Shown one piece after another: positions 21,539 to 32,016 of a stretch of DNA of 64,000 nt. This stretch comes from Sedimentisphaerales bacterium (GTDB taxonomy: Bacteria; Planctomycetota; Phycisphaerae; Sedimentisphaerales; Anaerobacaceae): the NCBI GenBank assembly GCA_963708075.1, contig OY970194.1, forward strand, positions 4,192,001 through 4,256,000, written 5' to 3'. The notes beneath the pieces were generated by a model. The model had not been told where the DNA came from. It saw only the letters and a program-made list of their open reading frames with translations, and searched no databases. The translations under genes were made by a program, and so were the position numbers. Position 1 is the first letter of the stretch. Every line of letters begins with the position of its first letter.

Positions 21539-21819
21539 AGTCAAGCCTCGCAACATGCCCGCAATCGCTTCTCGCGCGACCGTTTCACACCGACGGCCTT
21601 TTGCTCTGAGTACAGATACCATGAATGACTTCTGCAGATTACACCGGATGAGTGGCACGATCAAGGAAAAACTCAAGCCTTTGGGGGATATCTGAGGGAA
21701 AACGGGGACCGTCACTATTTCCGTCTTCTCCCATCTCATTTATCCCTCGGCCTTCGCACCTTCATGGCCATCGAAGACATTTCGGCCTCACCACATCGAT
21801 CCGACCCGCGACGGGCCAT

Positions 21820-22360
21820 TCGAAATGCGGAACTCGGAATGCGGAGTGCGGAATGACAAGCAGGGATCGGGGTCAGGGAATCAGGCGGGTTCTTACCTTC
21901 CTGCGTTCTTACCCTCTTACTTTCCATGCTTTATTCTCCGTGGTCTCCGTGACCTTCGTGGTGAAGAACAAGGATCGGTGGGCGAAGCCCTCGTTGTTCT
22001 ACACATCTTTCAAGATAGTCCCGCAAGGACGGCCGCTCATAGCCCACCGTTTCAACGGTGGGTACGAAAGTCCGAAACCATACCAAGCCCCGTAGGGGCG
22101 AAAGAAAGGCGCCGGCCGAGGGTGTTCTTTCGTCCCGGACGGGACTCGTTTTGTGTGCGGCCCCTGTCCCCAGCGATCAATCGCTGGGCTATGATCTTTC
22201 GCCCTGCGGGCTTGCTTTGCGGCCGAAACATGGCATTTCTCATCAGAATCGCGGCTCTACCATCCCGAGATATGTAGAACAACGAGGGCGAAGCCCACCC
22301 TACCGGCTCTCGCCGAAGCCGTGCACGGTTTATCTTCTCCGCGTGCCTCCGCGTCCCTTG
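21820..22360. repeat. Composite repeat cluster containing a 295-bp TIR-bounded insert
   Basis: Heptad repeats (CGGAATG, CAGGGAT) and palindromes CCCACCGTTTCAACGGTGGG and CCCAGCGATCAATCGCTGGG. TIRs at 21991-22007 and 22269-22285 are flanked by GGGCGAAGCCC. Confidence 0.8.
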
Positions 22361-22437
22361 CCATGACGCATCTCGACAGCTTCGGTGGCGTAGTCCAGCA
22401 TGTGGCGGAGACGGGTCGTGTCGTCATGCCGCGTCAT
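22330..22437 (-). pseudogene. Truncated HEPN/DUF86 toxin gene
   Basis: '[23 protein letters not shown]' overlaps the MNT stop codon as in MNT-HEPN pairs, then runs into a repeat after about 27 codons. Confidence 0.65.
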
Positions 22438-22726
22438 ACTGCACCTCTGCCTCGGCGAGTACTTCGTCACGAAAGTACTTGGACAGGAATCCGGCGGTGT
22501 TCAGGTCCACCTTACGCCCGAGGATTTCGGACAGCTCCTCCTCCATCGTGAAGAAGCGCAGCCCGACCCGCACATCGGGTTCGAATTCAACGAGGACATC
22601 GATATCGCTTTCGGGCGTGAAATCGTCGCGGAGCACCGAGCCGAACAACGCCAGTCGGCGAATGCGATTGCGCCGGCAGAACTCGGCGATTCGCTCTTTC
22701 GGAATGTCGATCGGTGCCTTGGCCAT
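22424..22726 (-). CDS. Minimal nucleotidyltransferase (MNT antitoxin)
   Basis: '[23 protein letters not shown]', '[11 protein letters not shown]'. Confidence 0.92.
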   Translation of the reverse strand: MAKAPIDIPKERIAEFCRRNRIRRLALFGSVLRDDFTPESDIDVLVEFEPDVRVGLRFFTMEEELSEILGRKVDLNTAGFLSKYFRDEVLAEAEVQYDAA

Positions 22727-22785
22727 ACACCTCTATCGTGCCATCGCGGCCGGTGATTGGGTAGCCAAAGTGATAGGATAGATCG

Positions 22786-23445
22786 GTGGGGCAAGCCCTG
22801 GGGATTTACGGTCTATGATTTGCGATTCACGATTGGGGAGGAGGCAGGGGAAGTGAGAAGTTTGAAGTGTGAAGTTTGATGTTTGAAGCGGGAGGTTTGA
22901 AGCGGAAGGTCTATCGGGGATTGCAGTTCTCTGCGTCTTGGCGTCCCCATTCGACTGCGCTCAGAGCCCGCCCTGAGCTTCGCCGAAGGGGCAGGTTCTG
23001 CGCGAGATAATCAAAGAGGATCGGTGTGCGGTGCACACCCTACGAAATCTGCGAAAATCTGCGTAATCTGCGGATAGAAGAGGCAGTTGCGAGGTGTTTT
23101 TGGCAGTTCTCGCCTGCGAATCCGCGTTTATCAGCGTTTATCAGCGGTTCCATTTTCTCTGCGTGCCGGCGTCCCTGCGAGACAGTGGGCCCGACCAAGC
23201 CTGCAGGGCGAAAGACCATAGCCCAGCGATTGATCGCTGGGGAACCAGGGCCGCAAACAAGAGGAGTCCCGTCAGGGACGAAAGAATGCGCCAAGGGTCG
23301 TGGCGGCTTTCTTTCGCCCCTGTGGGGCTTGGGGTGATTTCGGGCATTCGTACCCACCGTTGAAACGGTGGGCTATCATCATCCGTCCCTGCGGGACTAT
23401 CTTGACACATGTGTAGAATAACCAGGGGCAAGCCCCACCCTACGG
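22786..23445. repeat. Composite repeat cluster
   Basis: 22786-23165 is an inverted copy of about 26985-27350; 23196-23435 is an inverted copy of about 21980-22215. Confidence 0.85.
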
Positions 23446-23633
23446 GCTTATCTTCTCACCTCCTTACGTTCTTACCGTCTGGCACCCATGTGCGGCAGGT
23501 CTGGGCGAGAACGAGCCGGGGGCGGGCGGCGTAATAGTGGGGGCGAGACCCTTGCTATGAAGGGGCGGATCTGGTAGGATGGTGCGGTTTCGATGCCATC
23601 GGAATGTCCTGGTGAATCCCGTGGAAAAAGGTC

Positions 23634-24903
23634 ATGGCAGAGAGTGCAGTTGGACAATTGCAGTGCGGCGAAAGGTTTCCGGCCGGTGCGGCTTCATGTG
23701 GCACCCCCGCCCTCGGGGGTGATCCCAGCCGGGGGCGGCTGGGCCACAGAGCGGGGCTGTATGTCCATGTGCCGTTCTGCCGGAGCAAGTGCCGGTACTG
23801 CGGGTTCTATTCCGTGCCATGTGGCACCCCCGCCCTCGGGGGTGATCCCAGCCGGGGGCGGCTGGGCCACACCGGGCGATTGACCGCCGCCCTGCTGCGG
23901 GAACTGGAGCGATATGACGGGGCCGAGTTCCGCACGGCCTATATCGGCGGGGGCAGCCCCACGGCGTTGCCCGCGGAACAACTGCTCGCGCTGGCTCGTA
24001 GAATTCGCGAGCGGTTCACGGGGATTGAGGAATTCACGGTCGAGTGCAATCCGGGGCAGGTGGAGCTTGGGCTTTTGGAGAGATTGCGGCAGGCGGGGGT
24101 AAACCGGCTGTCGTTCGGGGCACAATCGTTTCATCCGGCCGAGTTGCAATTGCTGGGGCGCGGGCATGGCGTCGAGGATATCGGCCGGGCTGTGGAGCTG
24201 GCGAGGCGAGCGGGGTTTGACAATGTCGGGCTGGACCTGATCTTTGCGATCCCGGGCTCGACGCTCGGCGACTGGCAATACAGCGTGGAGGCGGCGATCC
24301 GTTTGGGCGTGCAGCATGTGTCGGCTTATAGCCTCAGCTTCGAGACGGGGACAGTGTTCGACGCGTGGCGGCAGGCCGGGCGGCTGTGTGCCGTGGATGA
24401 GGAACTGGACCGGGCCATGTATGAGTGGGGCGTGGAGCGGCTGGGGGCGGCGGGGATCGAGCAGTATGAGATTTCCAACTTTGCCCGGCCGGGATTTGAG
24501 TGCCTGCACAACGTCGGGTACTGGGCCAACCGGCCGTTTGCCGGTGTCGGGCCGGGAGCGGCGTCCTGTGGGCGGGGCTGCAGGACGGCCAACGACCCGG
24601 ACATCGAGCGGTATGTGGCGGCGGTGGAGGCCGGCGAGGAGGTCCCGGGCGTGGTCCAGCCGGTAAATGATGAGGACGCGGTCTGTGAGACGGCGGTCCT
24701 GAACCTGCGGATGCGATCCGGGATCGACCTGGCCGAGTTTAGGCGGCGGACCGGGCGCGATGCGATGCAGACGTTCGCCGAGCCGATTCGGCGATACCGT
24801 GACCTGGGCCTGATCGAAGTCACGGACCGGGCGGTCCGGCTCACGCGCGCAGGCTCTGCCCATTGCGGACTCGATACTTTGCGATTTTTCGGCTCTTGAC
24901 TGA
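23634..24903 (+). CDS. hemW: Radical SAM heme chaperone HemW (HemN-like); probable frameshift near 24855
   Basis: '[17 protein letters not shown]', 'GGGSPT', 'ECNP', 'DLIFAIPG', 'YEISNF', 'HN..YW'. The shifted frame ends [15 protein letters not shown]. Confidence 0.9.
23695..23871 (+). repeat. Two identical 54-bp double-hairpin repeats inside hemW (23695-23748 and 23818-23871)
   Basis: CATGTGGCACCCCCGCCCTCGGGGGTGATCCCAGCCGGGGGCGGCTGGGCCACA occurs twice; both read [17 protein letters not shown] in frame. Confidence 0.95.
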
Positions 24904-24909
24904 GAGACT

Positions 24910-26716
<1,807 letters not shown>

Positions 26717-27352
26717 TCATTGATGATGGATAATGGATGATTGATGATTCAATCATCGAGGCCGCGGAGGAATCTACGTAGGGGCGAATCATCATTCGCC
26801 CGCCTATTTTCGACACGGATTCAGTTCAAAACGATTGATTTTCAACCGCGAAGCACGCGAAATACGCGAAAACTGCTTCATTCATGTCATTCCCGCGAAG
26901 AGCCTGCCCTCGACCCCCGATCAAGTCGAGGGCAAGCTCTGATCGGGGGCGGGAATCCAGGTTTCTTCACCACCGAGGACCCAGAGGACACGGAGAAAAT
27001 GCAACCGCAAATAGACGCTGATGAACGCAGATTTTCGACTGAAAACTATCGAAAAACACCTCGCAACTGTCTTTTTGTCCGCAGATTACGCCGATCTTCG
27101 CAGATCTCGTAGGGTGTGCACCGCACACCGATCCTCTTTGATTATCTCGCGCAGAACCTGCCCCTTCGGAGAAGCTCAGGGCGGGCCCTGAGCGCAGTCG
27201 AATGGGGACGGCGAGACGCAGAGAACTGCAATCCCCGATAGACCTTCCACTTCAAACATCACACTTCACACTTCAAACTTCACCCATCCCACTTCGCTTC
27301 TCAATCGTAAATCGTCATTCACAAATCGTAAATCCAGAGGCCCCTGCCCCGC
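26717..27352. repeat. Composite repeat cluster after lepA
   Basis: GATGATT heptads, GTAGGGGCGAATCATCATTCGCCC and GTAGGGTGTGCACCGCACACC palindromes, GTCATTCCCGCG...GCGGGAATCC, ACTTCAC/ACTTCAA heptads. Confidence 0.85.
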
Positions 27353-27464
27353 GAAAAACCGTCGAAGACCTCAGATTCTCATTGGCTTGTGGGCGGGAAT
27401 ATGGTTAATTATGCCTCTTGATGTGACGCGTCGTTGGTTTACGTGTGTACAGGAGGTACGTCGT

Positions 27465-27563
27465 ATGTCGAAATCGAAAGACACAAGGAAAGAGCAGAAG
27501 AAACAGCCGCAGAAAACGCTGAAGGAAAAGAGAGCCGCCAAGCGAGAGAAGAAGAACGCCTGA
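27465..27563 (+). CDS. Small Lys-rich protein (32 aa)
   Basis: RBS AGGAGG, then MSKSKDTRKEQKKQPQKTLKEKRAAKREKKNA*. Below the ORF-track cutoff. Confidence 0.65.
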   Translation: MSKSKDTRKEQKKQPQKTLKEKRAAKREKKNA

Positions 27564-27749
27564 TCCATCCGCGGCACGATCTCTGTTCAAGTCATCCTGG
27601 CCGCCCGGGATAGTACCCGCATCTGCACGATTCAGGGGCCATCGTACTCAGTTCGCCCCGGAAACAGGTAAAGCGTCCCCCGGGACTTGAGAACCTGGCC
27701 AACGCTCATCATATTAGCGAGCATGAGACGGGTGAGTGTTCCGACAGGC

Positions 27750-27914
27750 TTACTTTGCGGCTGTGACCTCAGGCGAGGGAGGTGTCTTTGTAGACTTCCA
27801 TTTGTCCTTGCGGATGAACTCAGTCCAGATCGCCTTGGCCTCCTCTTCGGAGCAAATGAACGGCTTGTCCGTGCCTCGTGCCTTGCGGTATTCTGTGTTC
27901 GTCATGTTCGACAT
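27750..27914 (-). CDS. Possible small hypothetical protein (about 54 aa)
   Basis: MSNMTNTEYRKARGTDKPFICSEEEAKAIW... with GAGGTGAAGG upstream. Confidence 0.35.
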   Translation of the reverse strand: MSNMTNTEYRKARGTDKPFICSEEEAKAIWTEFIRKDKWKSTKTPPSPEVTAAK

Positions 27915-28265
27915 CCTTCACCTCAGACCGGGCGGCACAGTTCGCTCCGAGAGCCATCTTCAGCTTTCGTCAGGGGCGCTCGCCTCAATCCGAGTACATT
28001 CATTATACGCTTCCCGGCCGGACTTCGTCAACCGCAGACTTCCCGCATCATGCCCCCAACGCCAGGTCCCCGGCCAGTCCACCCCCATTGATTCCCCAAA
28101 AAGGCCCTTTGCGAGCCCCTAAACCCCATTCCACCGTCGAAACCCCGCCCGACCAGCGCCAACCATAAATCTTCGTCCGCGACAGTTATTTCCACGATTT
28201 CCTCCCATGTGGCGGACATCCTTCCCAATTCTCAGCCAAAATGAGCCAAGCGTCCCCAGAACTCA

Positions 28266-31200
28266 CTATTCCCTGATTTCTGGCGGCCATGCATAGGCCG
28301 ATCTTCTCACTGATTCATAGTTCGCATCAAGGTCCCGCTGCATCAGAATCAACGCAGCGATCCGGCGGGCCATGTTCATAACGTCGCGTGCCTCTTCGGT
28401 TTTGATCGCTCTGCCAAGGATGCTCTCTTCCCGGTAACTCAGCCATTTCTTGATGACCTGATACCCGCCGATGTTATACTCCCACACGTTCAAGGGGATG
28501 TTGCGCCAATAAGCCGTATCGTTCAGGTACACGTCGCAGGTCTTTTCGCCTAGTAGCCGAATCACGTCTTTGGCTGTCATTCCTCGTGCCGTAGCTTCAG
28601 CTTCGATGGCCTTAAGCTCTCCTGCATCATATGCCCGCAGAGACAGTCTACCCTTGGCGGGCATGACAACACCGCTTTTGCCGGCATGCCCCCAGCCGGC
28701 GATCACGGCCAAGTCGAGCACCGCCTGCCCAATCTTCGTTGTGACGCCGATGATCTTGAACAGAGGACCTAACCTGCCCACCGTGACGCCGGGGATCTCG
28801 GTCTCGGTATCCAGAATTGCTGCGATCCGCTCACCCAACGATGCTGATGCCTGGAGGGCCTTACGCGCAGCGGGCAGCGGAATCCTAGGCCAATCCCGTC
28901 GAATGCCGTCCGCGTTTTGCGCAAGATAGATCGGGCTATATCCAATTGCCAAAGCGTGCATCCAGATCCACCCCGCTGCCTTGGTGTCCACATCGGCATC
29001 TTTGACGCCTACCTTGGCCAAGTAGGCACGTGCAGCCCTGGAGAGATTGGAGACGGGCTGATCCTCGACACGGCTACCGTCCAAGGCATCAAACAGGGTC
29101 GCGTGTTGCCGCTTGTTCAGACGATTCCCATTGCACAACCAAAATGGAATAGCCACCGCATCAGGCACGATGTAGTGGTCATCGAATAGAGTGGCCGCGA
29201 AACTGATAGGATGCGCCTCCCGATCGGAGCTTGACCGAAAGCGGGTAAGGAGAAACTGATTGCCCTTCCAAAGCTGCGCCCAAAGACTTGGACGCGCGCG
29301 GTTCCAGACGGGACTCACCGATGTATAGTAACACCATCGCACGTCAAAGGGACGCAGAACATATCGGCACACGTGGTCGGCGTCGAACGTCTCCGCTTTG
29401 ATGGCTTTCTGGCGTGCTGTCTTGGGCTCGAACGCCGCAGCGCTTTGGGTCAATGCGCCATGTTGAGCCTTATATTCTTCCCAGGACATGTCGGGTGCCA
29501 GATAATTCCGCATCCGCTCTTCAAGTCTCACACGATCTATATCGATCAGCGCTCCGCCTCGCTTCTCCATCAATCCGTTGAACGGTGGAACAGCACACAA
29601 ATCTACCATTTTCGGCCAAGACTGATACTCGCGAGAGACTGCTTCCGGGCGGAAAGAAAGCCGGTTCTCAGACGACGGACAGGCCAGCGTGTACGTCGCG
29701 TCGAACTTCTTGGTCTTGAGGCTATCGTGCAATTTCGCTCGCTTGTCGACGCCCCAGAAGTGGCGAAAACGAACCGTCGGTTTCTTCTGCCGCGTGGCCT
29801 TGCGGACAATGACGCAAATCGTCGTGCCGACTCGAATGCCTTCACGGTTGTAGTCGGTCGAAAAGACGGACGGGTCGGGTTTGCCTTCGGGCGTCAATTT
29901 TCCTGTTTCCCGGCTGTCGCCGTTCATGCAGTCCAACCACAATTTGTCGAACTCCTTGAGAAACCGCTCGCGCATAACAACGAAGGAGGGGTCACCCAGG
30001 TACGAGAAATTGGAAATGAAGGAGATCACTCCCCTGCCGGTCATCTCCGCGATGCGTCGTTCCGCCAAGCGGAGGAATCGCACGTAGAGATCGTCCAGAT
30101 TGAACTTCTTGATACCCCAGCCGCCAGCGCTCGTAGGCTTGTTCAGATTGGCTTTGTAGGGTTCGACCAGCCCTTGTTCCTCCTCCGGGCTGACACCGGC
30201 GAAGGCATTGTAGGGCGGGTTCCCCAGGATCACCAAAATCTTCTTCTTGCGCTTCACTTGCTCGGCGGCGTCGCGCTCCTCCACGAGCTCCGGATAGGGC
30301 AAAGGCAGGGTCGCCTTGGCTCCCCTGGGTAGCTCCCACCCCGTCAAGGCATTGGTCAGATACACGCCGACCCGCTCACCTTTGCTCTGTAACAGCGGCG
30401 CACCTTCCGCCTGGAGCATCAGGCCCAGTTGGAGGTGCGATACCACAAAGGGGGCGGGGAGGATCTCAAAGCCGAACACGCGGTTCATCGCTGCTTCCTT
30501 CAGATCCGACGCGACGAGAGCGTCTCCCGCCTTGTCGCGCAGAGTTGTGGCAATTCGACGGAGGACCTCGACCAGATATGCCCCCGTGCCACAGCAAGGG
30601 TCCAACACGATCACGTTGGGATCGGCCAAACCATCGGGAAGGTCCAACTCCTCGCGCAAAACCGTGTCGACGCGCACAACCTGATACCTGACGATCTCCG
30701 GTGGGGTGTACCAAACGCCCAGTTCCTTGCGCAAGTCCGGGTCGTAGGCCTCGAGGAACGGTTCGTAAAAGTATTGGACCGCGTGCTCGTCCTCGAAACG
30801 CTTGAAGAACTCACCTCGGTCAACACGGTTCAGGACGCCAGCACCCCAGTCCAGCAGTTCCACCAGGCCCAACTGACCAAGCTGGCTGGGTTCGGCGACT
30901 TGCCGGTATAGGGTTCGGATGAAGGGAACATGCAGAGACCATTCGGACGTGCGCCAGTCAAATCGCGTGTTGGGACTGCGGTTGGCTTTGTGCCAGCTTA
31001 CCCATGCGGAGAAGACGCCGTAGAAAAGGGTCTGAACCAGTGTTGATCGGAAGAAGTGCTCGCCCTTGTCGGCAGTGAACTTCATGCCTAAGGCATCTTC
31101 CAGGGCGGATCTTACGGCCTGCAGAGCCGGCAACTGCTTCTGCTGCTCGACACGGAAAAGACCATCGCGTGCGTAGGATGCCAGGAACCATGCCACCAGT

Positions 31201-31808
31201 TTCGGGCTCACCAGCGGCGCATTGTGCAGACATGCTCGCTTGATGAACTCGATGAACTGCTGGCCCTTTTGCTGGGCGGTTGCGCGGGGATGCGCGACCT
31301 TATTCTGCCAGAAATCCCTTTCATCATCCGCCAGCGAGAATGATTCACGTTCCACTGGATGCGCGTTGGTGCCTCGCTCGACGATCAGGAAGTCACGCAG
31401 GTTGGTCACGACAACGATGCCATATAGATTGAGGTACTTGGAAACCTGCTCGCTTGCCGCGACGCCCTTCACTTCCTTCTTCGCTGACTTTGCTTCTATC
31501 GCGCCGCGAGATGGAGGAAGGCCGCGTCCGGGTTTGGCCTCGCTCTTGCGGCCGAACTGATCGGCTGTAAAGAGTCCCCCATCGGGATTGTCTGCTCCTT
31601 GATCCTTCAGGTTCATGACGCAAAGAACTTTGGGCTTCAGTGTCTTGCCCACGGCGTTGAACAGATTGGCCAGAGCCGGGTAATACGATGTCTCAGGCGA
31701 GTTTGCCTGTGTTGAGCGAATGTCCCGCAATTGGGACAGATACGCCTCGGCAATCCCTACAGCCTGATTGGCCGTCATTGGACCGACACTCGCATCCTGC
31801 TTTGCCAT
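28266..31808 (-). CDS. Single-chain restriction-modification enzyme (nuclease, N6-adenine MTase and Type ISP-like specificity domain)
   Basis: N-terminal 'PDGG...IEAK', 'FYEPFL..YDP..RK..GVWYTP', motif I LDPCCGTG, motif IV GNPPY, C-terminal 'YVLRPFD.RW', 'PRIP', 'IGGYQVIKKWLSYR'. Confidence 0.9.
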   Translation of the reverse strand: MAKQDASVGPMTANQAVGIAEAYLSQLRDIRSTQANSPETSYYPALANLFNAVGKTLKPKVLCVMNLKDQGADNPDGGLFTADQFGRKSEAKPGRGLPPSRGAIEAKSAKKEVKGVAASEQVSKYLNLYGIVVVTNLRDFLIVERGTNAHPVERESFSLADDERDFWQNKVAHPRATAQQKGQQFIEFIKRACLHNAPLVSPKLVAWFLASYARDGLFRVEQQKQLPALQAVRSALEDALGMKFTADKGEHFFRSTLVQTLFYGVFSAWVSWHKANRSPNTRFDWRTSEWSLHVPFIRTLYRQVAEPSQLGQLGLVELLDWGAGVLNRVDRGEFFKRFEDEHAVQYFYEPFLEAYDPDLRKELGVWYTPPEIVRYQVVRVDTVLREELDLPDGLADPNVIVLDPCCGTGAYLVEVLRRIATTLRDKAGDALVASDLKEAAMNRVFGFEILPAPFVVSHLQLGLMLQAEGAPLLQSKGERVGVYLTNALTGWELPRGAKATLPLPYPELVEERDAAEQVKRKKKILVILGNPPYNAFAGVSPEEEQGLVEPYKANLNKPTSAGGWGIKKFNLDDLYVRFLRLAERRIAEMTGRGVISFISNFSYLGDPSFVVMRERFLKEFDKLWLDCMNGDSRETGKLTPEGKPDPSVFSTDYNREGIRVGTTICVIVRKATRQKKPTVRFRHFWGVDKRAKLHDSLKTKKFDATYTLACPSSENRLSFRPEAVSREYQSWPKMVDLCAVPPFNGLMEKRGGALIDIDRVRLEERMRNYLAPDMSWEEYKAQHGALTQSAAAFEPKTARQKAIKAETFDADHVCRYVLRPFDVRWCYYTSVSPVWNRARPSLWAQLWKGNQFLLTRFRSSSDREAHPISFAATLFDDHYIVPDAVAIPFWLCNGNRLNKRQHATLFDALDGSRVEDQPVSNLSRAARAYLAKVGVKDADVDTKAAGWIWMHALAIGYSPIYLAQNADGIRRDWPRIPLPAARKALQASASLGERIAAILDTETEIPGVTVGRLGPLFKIIGVTTKIGQAVLDLAVIAGWGHAGKSGVVMPAKGRLSLRAYDAGELKAIEAEATARGMTAKDVIRLLGEKTCDVYLNDTAYWRNIPLNVWEYNIGGYQVIKKWLSYREESILGRAIKTEEARDVMNMARRIAALILMQRDLDANYESVRRSAYAWPPEIRE

Positions 31809-31929
31809 GCCCGAAATCCCTTGACCTTACGAATGAACCGAAGTGCCAGCCATCTTACTCGACCCGGCGCAGATGTCAAACGATCTCTGCACCCCAGGGC
31901 CACTCTTGTACGAACGAGTTTCCCAGAAG

Positions 31930-32015
31930 AGCGGTGGGCGGAGCCCACCTTACCGGCTCTCGCGTGGTTCGCGCCTGCGGCTGGACGAGGGCGGGCACGG
32001 GGGCCTGCCCCTACA
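31930..32015. repeat. GTAG/GTAA-type REP-like palindromes
   Basis: GGTGGGCGGAGCCCACCTTACCGGCTCTCG (matches 22286-22311) and GGGCACGGGGGCCTGCCCCTAC. Confidence 0.7.
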
Positions 32016-32016
32016 T

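Noticed and set aside
21652..23431. Short ORFs within the repeat clusters
   Set aside because: They are translations of palindromic repeats, giving similar peptides on opposite strands, and have no recognisable domain.
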